This document shows, one piece after another, positions 1 through 5,574 of a stretch of DNA of 11,377 bases (position 1 is the stretch's first letter; each line of letters starts with the position of its first letter). Location: the NCBI GenBank assembly GCA_964247135.1, contig CAXTTL010000157.1:1-11377 (forward strand). The letters are read 5' to 3'. The stretch is from an uncultured Deinococcales bacterium (GTDB lineage: Bacteria; Deinococcota; Deinococci; Deinococcales; JAAFIG01). The notes below the pieces were generated by a model. The model was given only the letters and a program-made list of their open reading frames with translations, had not been told where the DNA came from and made no database searches. A program made the translations under genes and the position numbers.

Positions 1-2
1 TT

Positions 3-326
3 CGCGCCGATGGTCTGATTGACCTGCTAATTCCCAACCGTTTTGGCGACGGCGATTCGCGCTCATGGGCAGGGGAGACGCGACGTTTCCCCGAGCCTGA
101 TTCGGGTTGGTGGTTTGTCGCACCCGAACCCATTGGTAAACATCAACTGATCGCCCTGTTCGCGCCTGAAGGCATCAAACTCGACGGGCTGGCAAGGTTC
201 GAGCCTGGAAATCCGTTTGCTGTGGTGCGCGTTCACGGTTTGGCGAACCTCGAGAACGCCTTCAAAACCCGCATTCCAAACTGTGCAACTCGAGTCAATT
301 TTGTGTATTCGGTGGTGAAAAAATAA
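3..326 (+). CDS. DUF4384 domain-containing protein, 3' part (5'-truncated by window edge)
   Basis: Frame 3 is open from the window start: RADGLIDLLIPNRFG...AGETRRFPEPDSGWWFVAPEPIGKHQLIALF...VVKK*. This fits the DUF4384 pattern G-x-I-x-LL-x-PN...AGE-x-R-x-FP...P-x-G. Its TAA overlaps the allB ATG (TAATG). Confidence 0.7.
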   Translation, partial: RADGLIDLLIPNRFGDGDSRSWAGETRRFPEPDSGWWFVAPEPIGKHQLIALFAPEGIKLDGLARFEPGNPFAVVRVHGLANLENAFKTRIPNCATRVNFVYSVVKK

Positions 327-1705
327 TGTTTGAACTGGTGATCGAAAATGGTTTGGTGGTGCAGCCTGACGGCTCGAGCCTTGCCAATATTGGCATTTCA
401 GATGGTGTCATCCGTGCCATCTCGAGCAATTCACTCGAGGGTCAAGAGGTGATTGACGCGACTGGTTTGGTGGTCATGCCTGGGGCGGTGGATTTGCACG
501 TGCATTTCTCCGAGCCTGGTCGCACGCACTGGGAGGGCTGGTGGCATGGCTCGAGGGCGGCAGCGGCAGGTGGTGTAACAACGGTGGTTGAAATGCCTTT
601 AAACGCCATTCCAGCCACCACCAGCGTATCGGCATTACAACTCAAACTCGAGGCGGCAAAAGACCAAGCGTTTGTCGATTATGCGCTGTGGGGCGGCTTG
701 GTGGACGATAACCTTTCAGATTTGCCAGCACTCGCAAAGTCTGGTGTCATTGGTTTCAAAGCCTTCATGGTGGACATCCAAGACAAAACCTTTACATTCA
801 ACGAACGCGAAATTTTAGAACAGGGAATGCTCGAGATTGGCTCACACGGGCATTTTCTGGCGGTTCATGCCGAAGACAGCCGCATGGTTTGGGAAAATAC
901 TCGAGCCTTGCAAAATCAGGGTCGCATTGACCGCGCCGCCTGGAACGAAGCCCGCTCGCCAGAAGCCGAACTCGAGGCGATCCGCAGCGCATTGCGCCTT
1001 GCCAAAGCCGCCAATTGCCCATTGCACGTGGTTCACACCAGCATCCCCGAAGGCATTGACGAGATCACCAAAGCTCGGGCTTTGGGGCAAGCCGTGACCG
1101 TCGAAACCTGTGCGCATTACCTGGTGTTCACCGACGCCGACCTCGAGCGACTTGGACCGATTGCCAAATGTGCGCCGCCATTGCGCGACGCCGCGCGTCA
1201 AGATGGACTTTGGGAGCGTGTTTTGGATGGCAGCATCGATTGCATTACCAGTGACCATTCGCCCTGCCCAACCGAAGACAAAACCCGAGGAGATAACAAC
1301 ATTTGGTTGGCTTGGGGCGGCATTACGGGCATTCAAAGCCTCGTCGTTGCCGTGCTCAGCGAAGGTCAAAAGCGTGGGCTGAGCCTCGAGCAAGCCGCAA
1401 AATTACTTTCCACCAATCCCGCCAAAATCGCTGGACTCTATCCGCAAAAAGGCGCAATCCAACTGGGCGCAGACGCTGACCTGATGATTGTCAACCTCGA
1501 GAAACCTTGGACGCTCGAGAAAGAAATGTTGTATTCAAAACACCAGCATTCGCCTTACGTTAGATTCGAGATGCAAGCCTTCGTCGAACTGGTGTTGCTG
1601 CGTGGGCAAGTTGTGGCTCGAGGTGGCAGCATTGAAGGTGCGCCACATGGAACTTGGTTGCCCCGTTCAAACGTCAACGCTCGAGCATCCAAAATATTGA
1701 TCTGA
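326..1705 (+). CDS. allB: Allantoinase (cyclic amidohydrolase family)
   Basis: 459 aa with motifs DLHVHFSEPGRTHWEG, GGVTT, MPLN, GFKAF, VHAE, HVVH, ETCAHYL, KCAPPLR, SDHSP and WGGI, typical of metal-dependent allantoinase. Confidence 0.9.
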   Translation: MFELVIENGLVVQPDGSSLANIGISDGVIRAISSNSLEGQEVIDATGLVVMPGAVDLHVHFSEPGRTHWEGWWHGSRAAAAGGVTTVVEMPLNAIPATTSVSALQLKLEAAKDQAFVDYALWGGLVDDNLSDLPALAKSGVIGFKAFMVDIQDKTFTFNEREILEQGMLEIGSHGHFLAVHAEDSRMVWENTRALQNQGRIDRAAWNEARSPEAELEAIRSALRLAKAANCPLHVVHTSIPEGIDEITKARALGQAVTVETCAHYLVFTDADLERLGPIAKCAPPLRDAARQDGLWERVLDGSIDCITSDHSPCPTEDKTRGDNNIWLAWGGITGIQSLVVAVLSEGQKRGLSLEQAAKLLSTNPAKIAGLYPQKGAIQLGADADLMIVNLEKPWTLEKEMLYSKHQHSPYVRFEMQAFVELVLLRGQVVARGGSIEGAPHGTWLPRSNVNARASKILI

Positions 1706-1711
1706 CAAAGC

Positions 1712-1739
1712 AAAAAAAATCCCGCCTCGTGGCGGTGAT
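1712..1739 (-). terminator. Intrinsic terminator ending the tRNA array transcript
   Basis: Minus strand reads ATCACCGCC-ACGA-GGCGGGAT then a T8 run. It lies downstream of the last tRNA and converges on the allB stop. Confidence 0.8.
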
Positions 1740-1826
1740 GGTCAAAGGACACACCCGTATTCGGTATTCGTCAAGATTATGCGTTCGAGTGCCAAAAAGG
1801 GAGAGCAGAACAACTGTTTTTCAAAA

Positions 1827-1916
1827 TGGCGGAATCGGCAGGATTTGAACCTGCGAAACATTGAAGTTCTCCTCGTTAGCAGTGAGGTGCAATAAACCAG
1901 ACTATGCGACGATTCC
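1827..1916 (-). tRNA. tRNA-Ser(GCT)
   Basis: Acceptor GGAATCG/CGATTCC, G73, CCA; anticodon arm CCTCA-CTGCTAA-CGAGG; long variable arm; T-loop TTCAAAT. Confidence 0.9.
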
Positions 1917-1951
1917 ACGATGCTCGAGATATACCCCTCGAGCTTGGGTTT

Positions 1952-2029
1952 TGGCGAGCCTGGAGGGATTTGAACCCCCAGCAATACGTTTTGGAGACGT
2001 ACTCCCTTAGCCAGTCGGGATTCAGACTC
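1952..2029 (-). tRNA. tRNA-Trp(CCA)
   Basis: Acceptor GAGTCTG/CAGGCTC, G73, CCA; TACGT-CTCCAAA-ACGTA; A at position 8. Confidence 0.88.
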
Positions 2030-2056
2030 GTAAAGCTCGAGGTTTGCTCGAGCGTG

Positions 2057-2143
2057 TGGCGGAAAATGAGGGAATCGAACCCCCGAGCCTTTGACAGCCA
2101 GCCGTTTTCAAGACGATTTCCTCGACCTAACCGGACACTTCCC
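2057..2143 (-). tRNA. tRNA-Ser(TGA)
   Basis: Acceptor GGGAAGT/ATTTTCC, G73, CCA; anticodon loop CTTGAAA; long variable arm; T-loop TTCGATT. Confidence 0.85.
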
Positions 2144-2148
2144 TTAAA

Positions 2149-2218
2149 AGACCTCGCTCGGAATTGAACCGAGAACCGATGGGTTGCAGCCATCGTTCAT
2201 GCCGTCTGAAACAAGGTC
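2149..2218 (-). tRNA. tRNA-Cys(GCA), CCA not encoded
   Basis: Acceptor GACCTTG/CGAGGTC, U73 (Cys identity element); GATGG-CTGCAAC-CCATC; T-arm CTCGG-TTCAATT-CCGAG. Confidence 0.85.
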
Positions 2219-2275
2219 AAGTGGAGTTTGTGTAATTTGATCCACAAACCCTTTTTGCTTTTACAAAATCAGTTT

Positions 2276-3031
2276 TTAGTCAAGTATTGGGAACTCTAGA
2301 GTAGGGAGTTGTTTTACATTTCGCTTAAGTAGCTCAATAAAACGCTGAGTAACCTCCCAGGCTTGTTTTGCAAATTTATCTTGATGAATACCTAAAATAT
2401 CTTCGTGACCACCATGACGCTGTTCTAGTGCAAGTTCACACATTTCTTTAGTCCAATCCTTAGAGGTGTTCAGCGCCTCATTCATTTTTTCCCAAGATTT
2501 AGGCTTGTCTAAGTTATATTGGTTTTTAAAGTAGTGCCTGATAGCTTCAACTGCTTGAAAAGTAAAGAAAGCTAAATTGTCAGGATATTTTTGTGATAAA
2601 CGCAAACTATCAAGTGCTCGACGCAACTCTGGCGTCTTAAAAGATATTTCAAAAACATCATCAAAAACAAACTTTTTAGTGAATATTTTGAGCTTTTCAT
2701 TTCCCTCAAAAGAAATTTCTTGACTTTGACCATTCCAATGAATTGTTTCAAGCTGAAAATCATAAAATATAGATTCGAGAAAGCACCAAATGTCAAGGAT
2801 TGCACGAATATTATAGCGTGCAAAATTCAAAATTTCGTTTGTTTTTTCAAAATTACCTTCTGCAATTGTAAAAATAACTTTGACATTTTGCCCTGAAAAT
2901 ACTACTTCGACATCACCTGTAAAGCCTATAAATTCTCGAGCCTCATCTCCACATTTTAGTTTTGTGGTCTTGACCAATAAGATTGGTTTGTGATCTGGAT
3001 AGATTCGACCACGTATTTCAAGTTGATTCAT
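2276..3031 (-). CDS. AT-rich hypothetical protein inside the tRNA array; C-terminal helical domain possibly HEPN-like
   Basis: 251-aa ORF with SD AGAGAGG 5 nt upstream of ATG. Much more AT-rich than the flanks. The C-terminus has FFTFQAVEAIRHYF...W...QRHGGH. The family assignment is inference. Confidence 0.8.
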   Translation of the reverse strand: MNQLEIRGRIYPDHKPILLVKTTKLKCGDEAREFIGFTGDVEVVFSGQNVKVIFTIAEGNFEKTNEILNFARYNIRAILDIWCFLESIFYDFQLETIHWNGQSQEISFEGNEKLKIFTKKFVFDDVFEISFKTPELRRALDSLRLSQKYPDNLAFFTFQAVEAIRHYFKNQYNLDKPKSWEKMNEALNTSKDWTKEMCELALEQRHGGHEDILGIHQDKFAKQAWEVTQRFIELLKRNVKQLPTLEFPILD

Positions 3032-3101
3032 TAAAACCTCTCTTTCATATTTTCTGATACTTCGTAATCATATTTGGACAGAATTACACGTGCTTGAGGT
3101 T

Positions 3102-3178
3102 TGGTGCTTTCCGAGGGACTCGAACCCTCACAAAACCGTGTTTGAAACGATTACCTCTACCAATTGGGTTAGGAAAGC
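3102..3178 (-). tRNA. tRNA-Leu(CAA), short variable loop
   Basis: GCTTTCC/GGAAAGC, A73, CCA; ATCGT-TTCAAAC-ACGGT; variable region only TTTGT. Confidence 0.88.
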
Positions 3179-3203
3179 AAGACCTCGAGAAACCCCGAGG
3201 TTG

Positions 3204-3280
3204 TGGTGCGCCGAGCGGGAGTCGAACCCGCAAACCCCTGGTTCTAAGCCAGGTGAGACTGCCAATTCCTCTATCAGCGC
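3204..3280 (-). tRNA. tRNA-Leu(TAG), short variable loop
   Basis: GCGCTGA/TCGGCGC, A73, CCA; CCTGG-CTTAGAA-CCAGG. Confidence 0.9.
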
Positions 3281-3281
3281 A

Positions 3282-3357
3282 TGGTACTCGAGACGGGACT
3301 CGAACCCGTAAGCTCTGGCTTCTCGAGCCAGTGAGTGTACCGTTTCTCTACCCGAGC
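3282..3357 (-). tRNA. tRNA-Leu(GAG), short variable loop, C33
   Basis: GCTCGGG/CTCGAGT, A73, CCA; CTGGC-TCGAGAA-GCCAG, with C in place of the invariant U33. Confidence 0.8.
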
Positions 3358-3360
3358 ATA

Positions 3361-3435
3361 AGGTTTGGGTGGGAATCGAACTCACGTTTTCTTGTTTACA
3401 AGATAAGCGCTCTAGCCATCTCGAGCTTCCAAACC
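3361..3435 (-). tRNA. tRNA-Thr(TGT), CCA not encoded
   Basis: GGTTTGG/CCAAACC; CTTAT-CTTGTAA-ACAAG; T-loop TTCGATT; A8. Confidence 0.82.
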
Positions 3436-3438
3436 ATT

Positions 3439-3514
3439 TGGTGCAATCGGAAGGAATCGAACCTTCGTCTCCTGCATGGCAAGCAGGTGTCGTAAACCAC
3501 TGGACAACGAATGC
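3439..3514 (-). tRNA. tRNA-Gly(GCC)
   Basis: GCATTCG/CGATTGC (one T-T mismatch), A73, CCA; CCTGC-TTGCCAT-GCAGG. Confidence 0.87.
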
Positions 3515-3539
3515 AATCAATCTCGAGTTTTGAGATTTT

Positions 3540-3614
3540 TGGTGCGGTAGGAGGGACTTGCACCCTCGTTCTCTGCTTGGAAGGCAGGCATCCTGGCTGC
3601 TGAATGACTTCCGC
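3540..3614 (-). tRNA. tRNA-Gly(TCC), non-canonical elbow (A18/G55)
   Basis: GCGGAAG/CTACCGC, CCA; CCTGC-CTTCCAA-GCAGA; T-loop TGCAAGT; D-loop AGCAGCCA lacks GG. Confidence 0.8.
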
Positions 3615-3618
3615 ATTG

Positions 3619-3693
3619 TGGAGCGCACGGTAGGATTTTCACCCACATTTCCTGCTGGAAGGCAGGCGTCCTAAATGTTGGACGACGAAACGC
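3619..3693 (-). tRNA. Atypical tRNA-Gly(TCC)-like RNA (6-nt anticodon loop); possibly pseudo or non-proteinogenic
   Basis: Ends GCGC-T-CCA; D-stem GTCC/GGAC; CCTGC-CTTCCA-GCAGG; T-loop TGAAAAT; acceptor stem has an internal mismatch/bulge. Confidence 0.6.
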
Positions 3694-3777
3694 ACGTCGG
3701 GAGCAGAACCAAGGGTTTACCTCAAGCCTGATCCCGTTTTGAAACCTTTTGTGCTCTAAGGTTTCAAGGGGTGGTAC

Positions 3778-3853
3778 TGGTGGGTTTCCTCGGACTCGAA
3801 CCGAGACTTCGCAGCTTAAAAGGCTGCTGCTCTACCTATTGAGCTAAAAACCC
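3778..3853 (-). tRNA. tRNA-Lys(TTT)
   Basis: GGGTTTT/GAAACCC, A73, CCA; GCAGC-CTTTTAA-GCTGC; canonical D and T arms. Confidence 0.93.
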
Positions 3854-3862
3854 GTGTTGGAT

Positions 3863-3938
3863 TGGTGATCTCGAGGGGAATTGAACCCCTATTCTCAGAT
3901 TGAAAGCCTGGAGTCCTAAACCATTGGACGACGAGACC
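3863..3938 (-). tRNA. tRNA-Glu(TTC)
   Basis: GGTCTCG/CGAGATC, CCA; CCAGG-CTTTCAA-TCTGA; D-stem GTCC/GGAC. Confidence 0.88.
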
Positions 3939-3941
3939 ACT

Positions 3942-4017
3942 TGGCAGGGGAAGACGGACTCGAACCGCCATTGAACAGCTTCAAAGACTGTTGACTTGCC
4001 AATTAGTCCATTCCCCT
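3942..4017 (-). tRNA. tRNA-Gln(TTG)
   Basis: AGGGGAA/TTCCCCT, G73, CCA; ACAGT-CTTTGAA-GCTGT. Confidence 0.9.
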
Positions 4018-4021
4018 ATGC

Positions 4022-4118
4022 CTCGAGCAAGTTTGTGCATCACAGTAAATGCTTCTTGCAGGGTTTGAACCCGCTCTCCTTTTGGGATTGACCGATAACT
4101 GTGATGCTTCGGCTCGAG
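4022..4118 (-). ncRNA. Y RNA-like ncRNA (copy 3) with an internal tRNA T-arm
   Basis: Bulged-C helix CTCGAGC(C)GA / TT-GCTCGAG; 10-bp upper stem GCATCACAGT/ACTGTGATGC; GTTATC motif; internal T-arm GCGGG-TTCAAAC-CCTGC. Confidence 0.7.
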
Positions 4119-4129
4119 AATTGTATTTC

Positions 4130-4206
4130 TGGTCGAGAGACTTGGAATCGAACCAAGACCTTCTGTGCTTCAAACAGACGCGCAACACCTTGTACGCTAT
4201 CTCTCG
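4130..4206 (-). tRNA. tRNA-Phe(GAA)
   Basis: CGAGAGA/TCTCTCG, A73, CCA; TCTGT-TTGAAGC-ACAGA; C1:G72 and G37. Confidence 0.87.
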
Positions 4207-4209
4207 AGG

Positions 4210-4283
4210 TGGATGCGGAACCGAGAGTCGAACTCGGCATGTCGAGCTTATGAGGCTCGATGTGTCACCAGACACGTTCCGCA
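4210..4283 (-). tRNA. tRNA with CAT anticodon (Met; initiator-like acceptor stem)
   Basis: TGCGGAA/TTCCGCA, CCA; CGAGC-CTCATAA-GCTCG; short D-arm; lacks the three consecutive G:C pairs of a true fMet anticodon stem. Confidence 0.8.
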
Positions 4284-4326
4284 ATGTGTACCCTCGAGGC
4301 TTTGGAGGCTTTTTTCTCGAGGGTTG

Positions 4327-4401
4327 TGGTAGGCACGGAGGGATTTGAACCCCCAACGTTCTCTATGTAAAAGAGGCACTCTTCCATTGAGTTACGCGCC
4401 T
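4327..4401 (-). tRNA. tRNA-Val(TAC)
   Basis: AGGCGCG/CGTGCCT, A73, CCA; anticodon loop TTTACAT. Confidence 0.9.
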
Positions 4402-4404
4402 GTG

Positions 4405-4480
4405 TGGTGGAAATGACAGGAATCGAACCTGCATTGTTCTTCAGTGCAAATGAAGTGCCATCCCGTTAGGCGACATTCCC
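4405..4480 (-). tRNA. tRNA-Ala(TGC)
   Basis: GGGAATG/CATTTCC with the G3:U70 identity pair, A73, CCA; CTTCA-TTTGCAC-TGAAG. Confidence 0.92.
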
Positions 4481-4518
4481 AAAGTGGGCGAATTTGTCCT
4501 GCGCCCGCCTTGGCGCTT

Positions 4519-4595
4519 TGGTAAGGGATGTAAGAATTGAACTTACTTGATGTCCAGTTTCCAAAACTGGCGACTCGCCTTGAGTCCGATCCCTT
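4519..4595 (-). tRNA. tRNA-Pro(TGG), atypical A1:U72 and A37
   Basis: AAGGGAT/ATCCCTT, A73, CCA; CCAGT-TTTGGAA-ACTGG; T-arm GTAAG-TTCAATT-CTTAC. Confidence 0.83.
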
Positions 4596-4793
4596 GATCG
4601 CGCTTCTTGCTCATAAAACAGCACCTTACGGGCTATTCGCGCTTCAGTTACTCGAGTTGAAGCCACTCGGTCACGCGGTATACCTATGTTCTAAAACCCT
4701 TACACAATTCTTGAAATCCTAGTACGCAACAGCCTGGTTTCACCCTCGCAGTTGGGTTTTGGAACACGCTCGAGGTTTGAATTCTCGAGTTAA

Positions 4794-4867
4794 AGCCCTC
4801 GGCAGGATTTAAACCCGCACCGTTCTTGTTAGAAGCAAGACACTCTGTTCATTTGAGCTACGAGGGC
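4794..4867 (-). tRNA. tRNA-Arg(TCT), CCA not encoded, A19:U56 elbow
   Basis: GCCCTCG/CGAGGGC; TCTTG-CTTCTAA-CAAGA; T-loop TTTAAAT; D-loop AATGAACA. Confidence 0.83.
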
Positions 4868-4870
4868 ATT

Positions 4871-4945
4871 TGGAGCACCTGAAGGGACTCGAACCCCCAC
4901 TCTTGACGTTCGAAGCGTCGCGCCTTTCCATTAGGCTACAGGTGC
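4871..4945 (-). tRNA. tRNA-Arg(TCG)
   Basis: GCACCTG/CAGGTGC, CCA; CGACG-CTTCGAA-CGTCA; A20 in the D-loop. Confidence 0.88.
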
Positions 4946-4975
4946 AAAATCTCGAGTGATGCTCGAGGGTCATTT

Positions 4976-5064
4976 GCGAGGACAAGTTGGCGTGCAAGGG
5001 AAGCCCCTCTCGAGGCGTAAAGATTGGATTTATCTCAGATAACCTTGCACAATCGGTCCTGCGC
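4976..5064 (-). ncRNA. Y RNA-like ncRNA (copy 2)
   Basis: Bulged-C helix GCGCAGGAC(C)GA / TT-GTCCTCGC; upper stem GTGCAAGG/CCTTGCAC; GGTTATCT, GCTTC and ACTTG motifs. Confidence 0.72.
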
Positions 5065-5111
5065 GGTACTTGATGGCGAATAAGACAGTTTTACATCGTG
5101 TCTTAGGATAT

Positions 5112-5188
5112 TGGCTGACCTTCCAGGGATCGAACCTGGGACATCTCCGTTAACAGTGGAGCGCTCTGACCGCCTGAGCTAAAGGTCA
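5112..5188 (-). tRNA. tRNA-Asn(GTT)
   Basis: TGACCTT/AAGGTCA (U1:A72), G73, CCA; CTCCA-CTGTTAA-CGGAG. Confidence 0.93.
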
Positions 5189-5231
5189 ATATGCTCGAGC
5201 AGCGACCATGCCCGCCAGGTGCGTTTTATGG

Positions 5232-5296
5232 TCAAGACAAGTGATTAACGAACGGAAGCAATCTTTTGTAGAGATAACCGTTTGTCTTCGGCTCAA
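5232..5296 (-). ncRNA. Minimal Y RNA-like ncRNA (copy 1)
   Basis: TTGAGC(C)GA-AGACAAACG-GTTATCT...GCTTC-CGTTCGTT-AATC-ACTTGTCTTGA. Same motifs and spacing as the other two copies, with a weaker lower stem. Confidence 0.6.
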
Positions 5297-5301
5297 AGCG
5301 G

Positions 5302-5386
5302 TGGTGGGTGCGGAAGGATTTGAACCTCCAATGTCGCAAGGACGCCTGATCTACAGTCAGGTGCAATACCGTTCTGCCACACACCC
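5302..5386 (-). tRNA. tRNA-Tyr(GTA)
   Basis: GGGTGTG/CGCACCC, A73, CCA; CCTGA-CTGTAGA-TCAGG (G37); long variable arm. Confidence 0.92.
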
Positions 5387-5486
5387 AATCTCGAGGTTCA
5401 AGGTCACACTTGAACCTCAGATTTTTATTTTGGCACTCGAGTTGTCAATGTTCTCAGAACCGTTCCCAGTGTTTGAGAGCGCTCTT

Positions 5487-5563
5487 TGGGGTCCACCGTC
5501 GGGAATCGCACCCGAGTTTCCAGGGTCACAACCTGGCGTCCTGTCTGTTGGACGACGACGAAC
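5487..5563 (-). tRNA. tRNA-His(GTG), first gene of the array
   Basis: G-1:C73; acceptor TTCGTCG/CGGTGGA (three G:U pairs); CCAGG-TTGTGAC-CCTGG; T-loop TGCGATT; 3' end reads C73-CCCA. Confidence 0.8.
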
Positions 5564-5574
5564 AAAATGAAATG

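Noticed and set aside
2057-2143. Selenocysteine or suppressor tRNA
   Set aside because: The anticodon is TGA (reads Ser UCA), not TCA. The acceptor stem is 7 bp. No stop-reading anticodons were found in the array.
4599-4677. Possible hammerhead ribozyme
   Set aside because: A three-stem layout is present, but the core reads GTGACCGA and GAAT instead of CUGANGA and GAAA.
4596-5301. Large ornate RNA (GOLLD/ROOL), tmRNA or a self-splicing intron in the array
   Set aside because: The largest non-tRNA, non-coding gaps are about 200 nt or less, and no tRNA appears split.
1827-5563. CRISPR array or tandem repeat
   Set aside because: The recurring GGA-TCGAACC-type motifs are reverse-complemented tRNA T-arms. 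There are no identical repeats with regular spacers.
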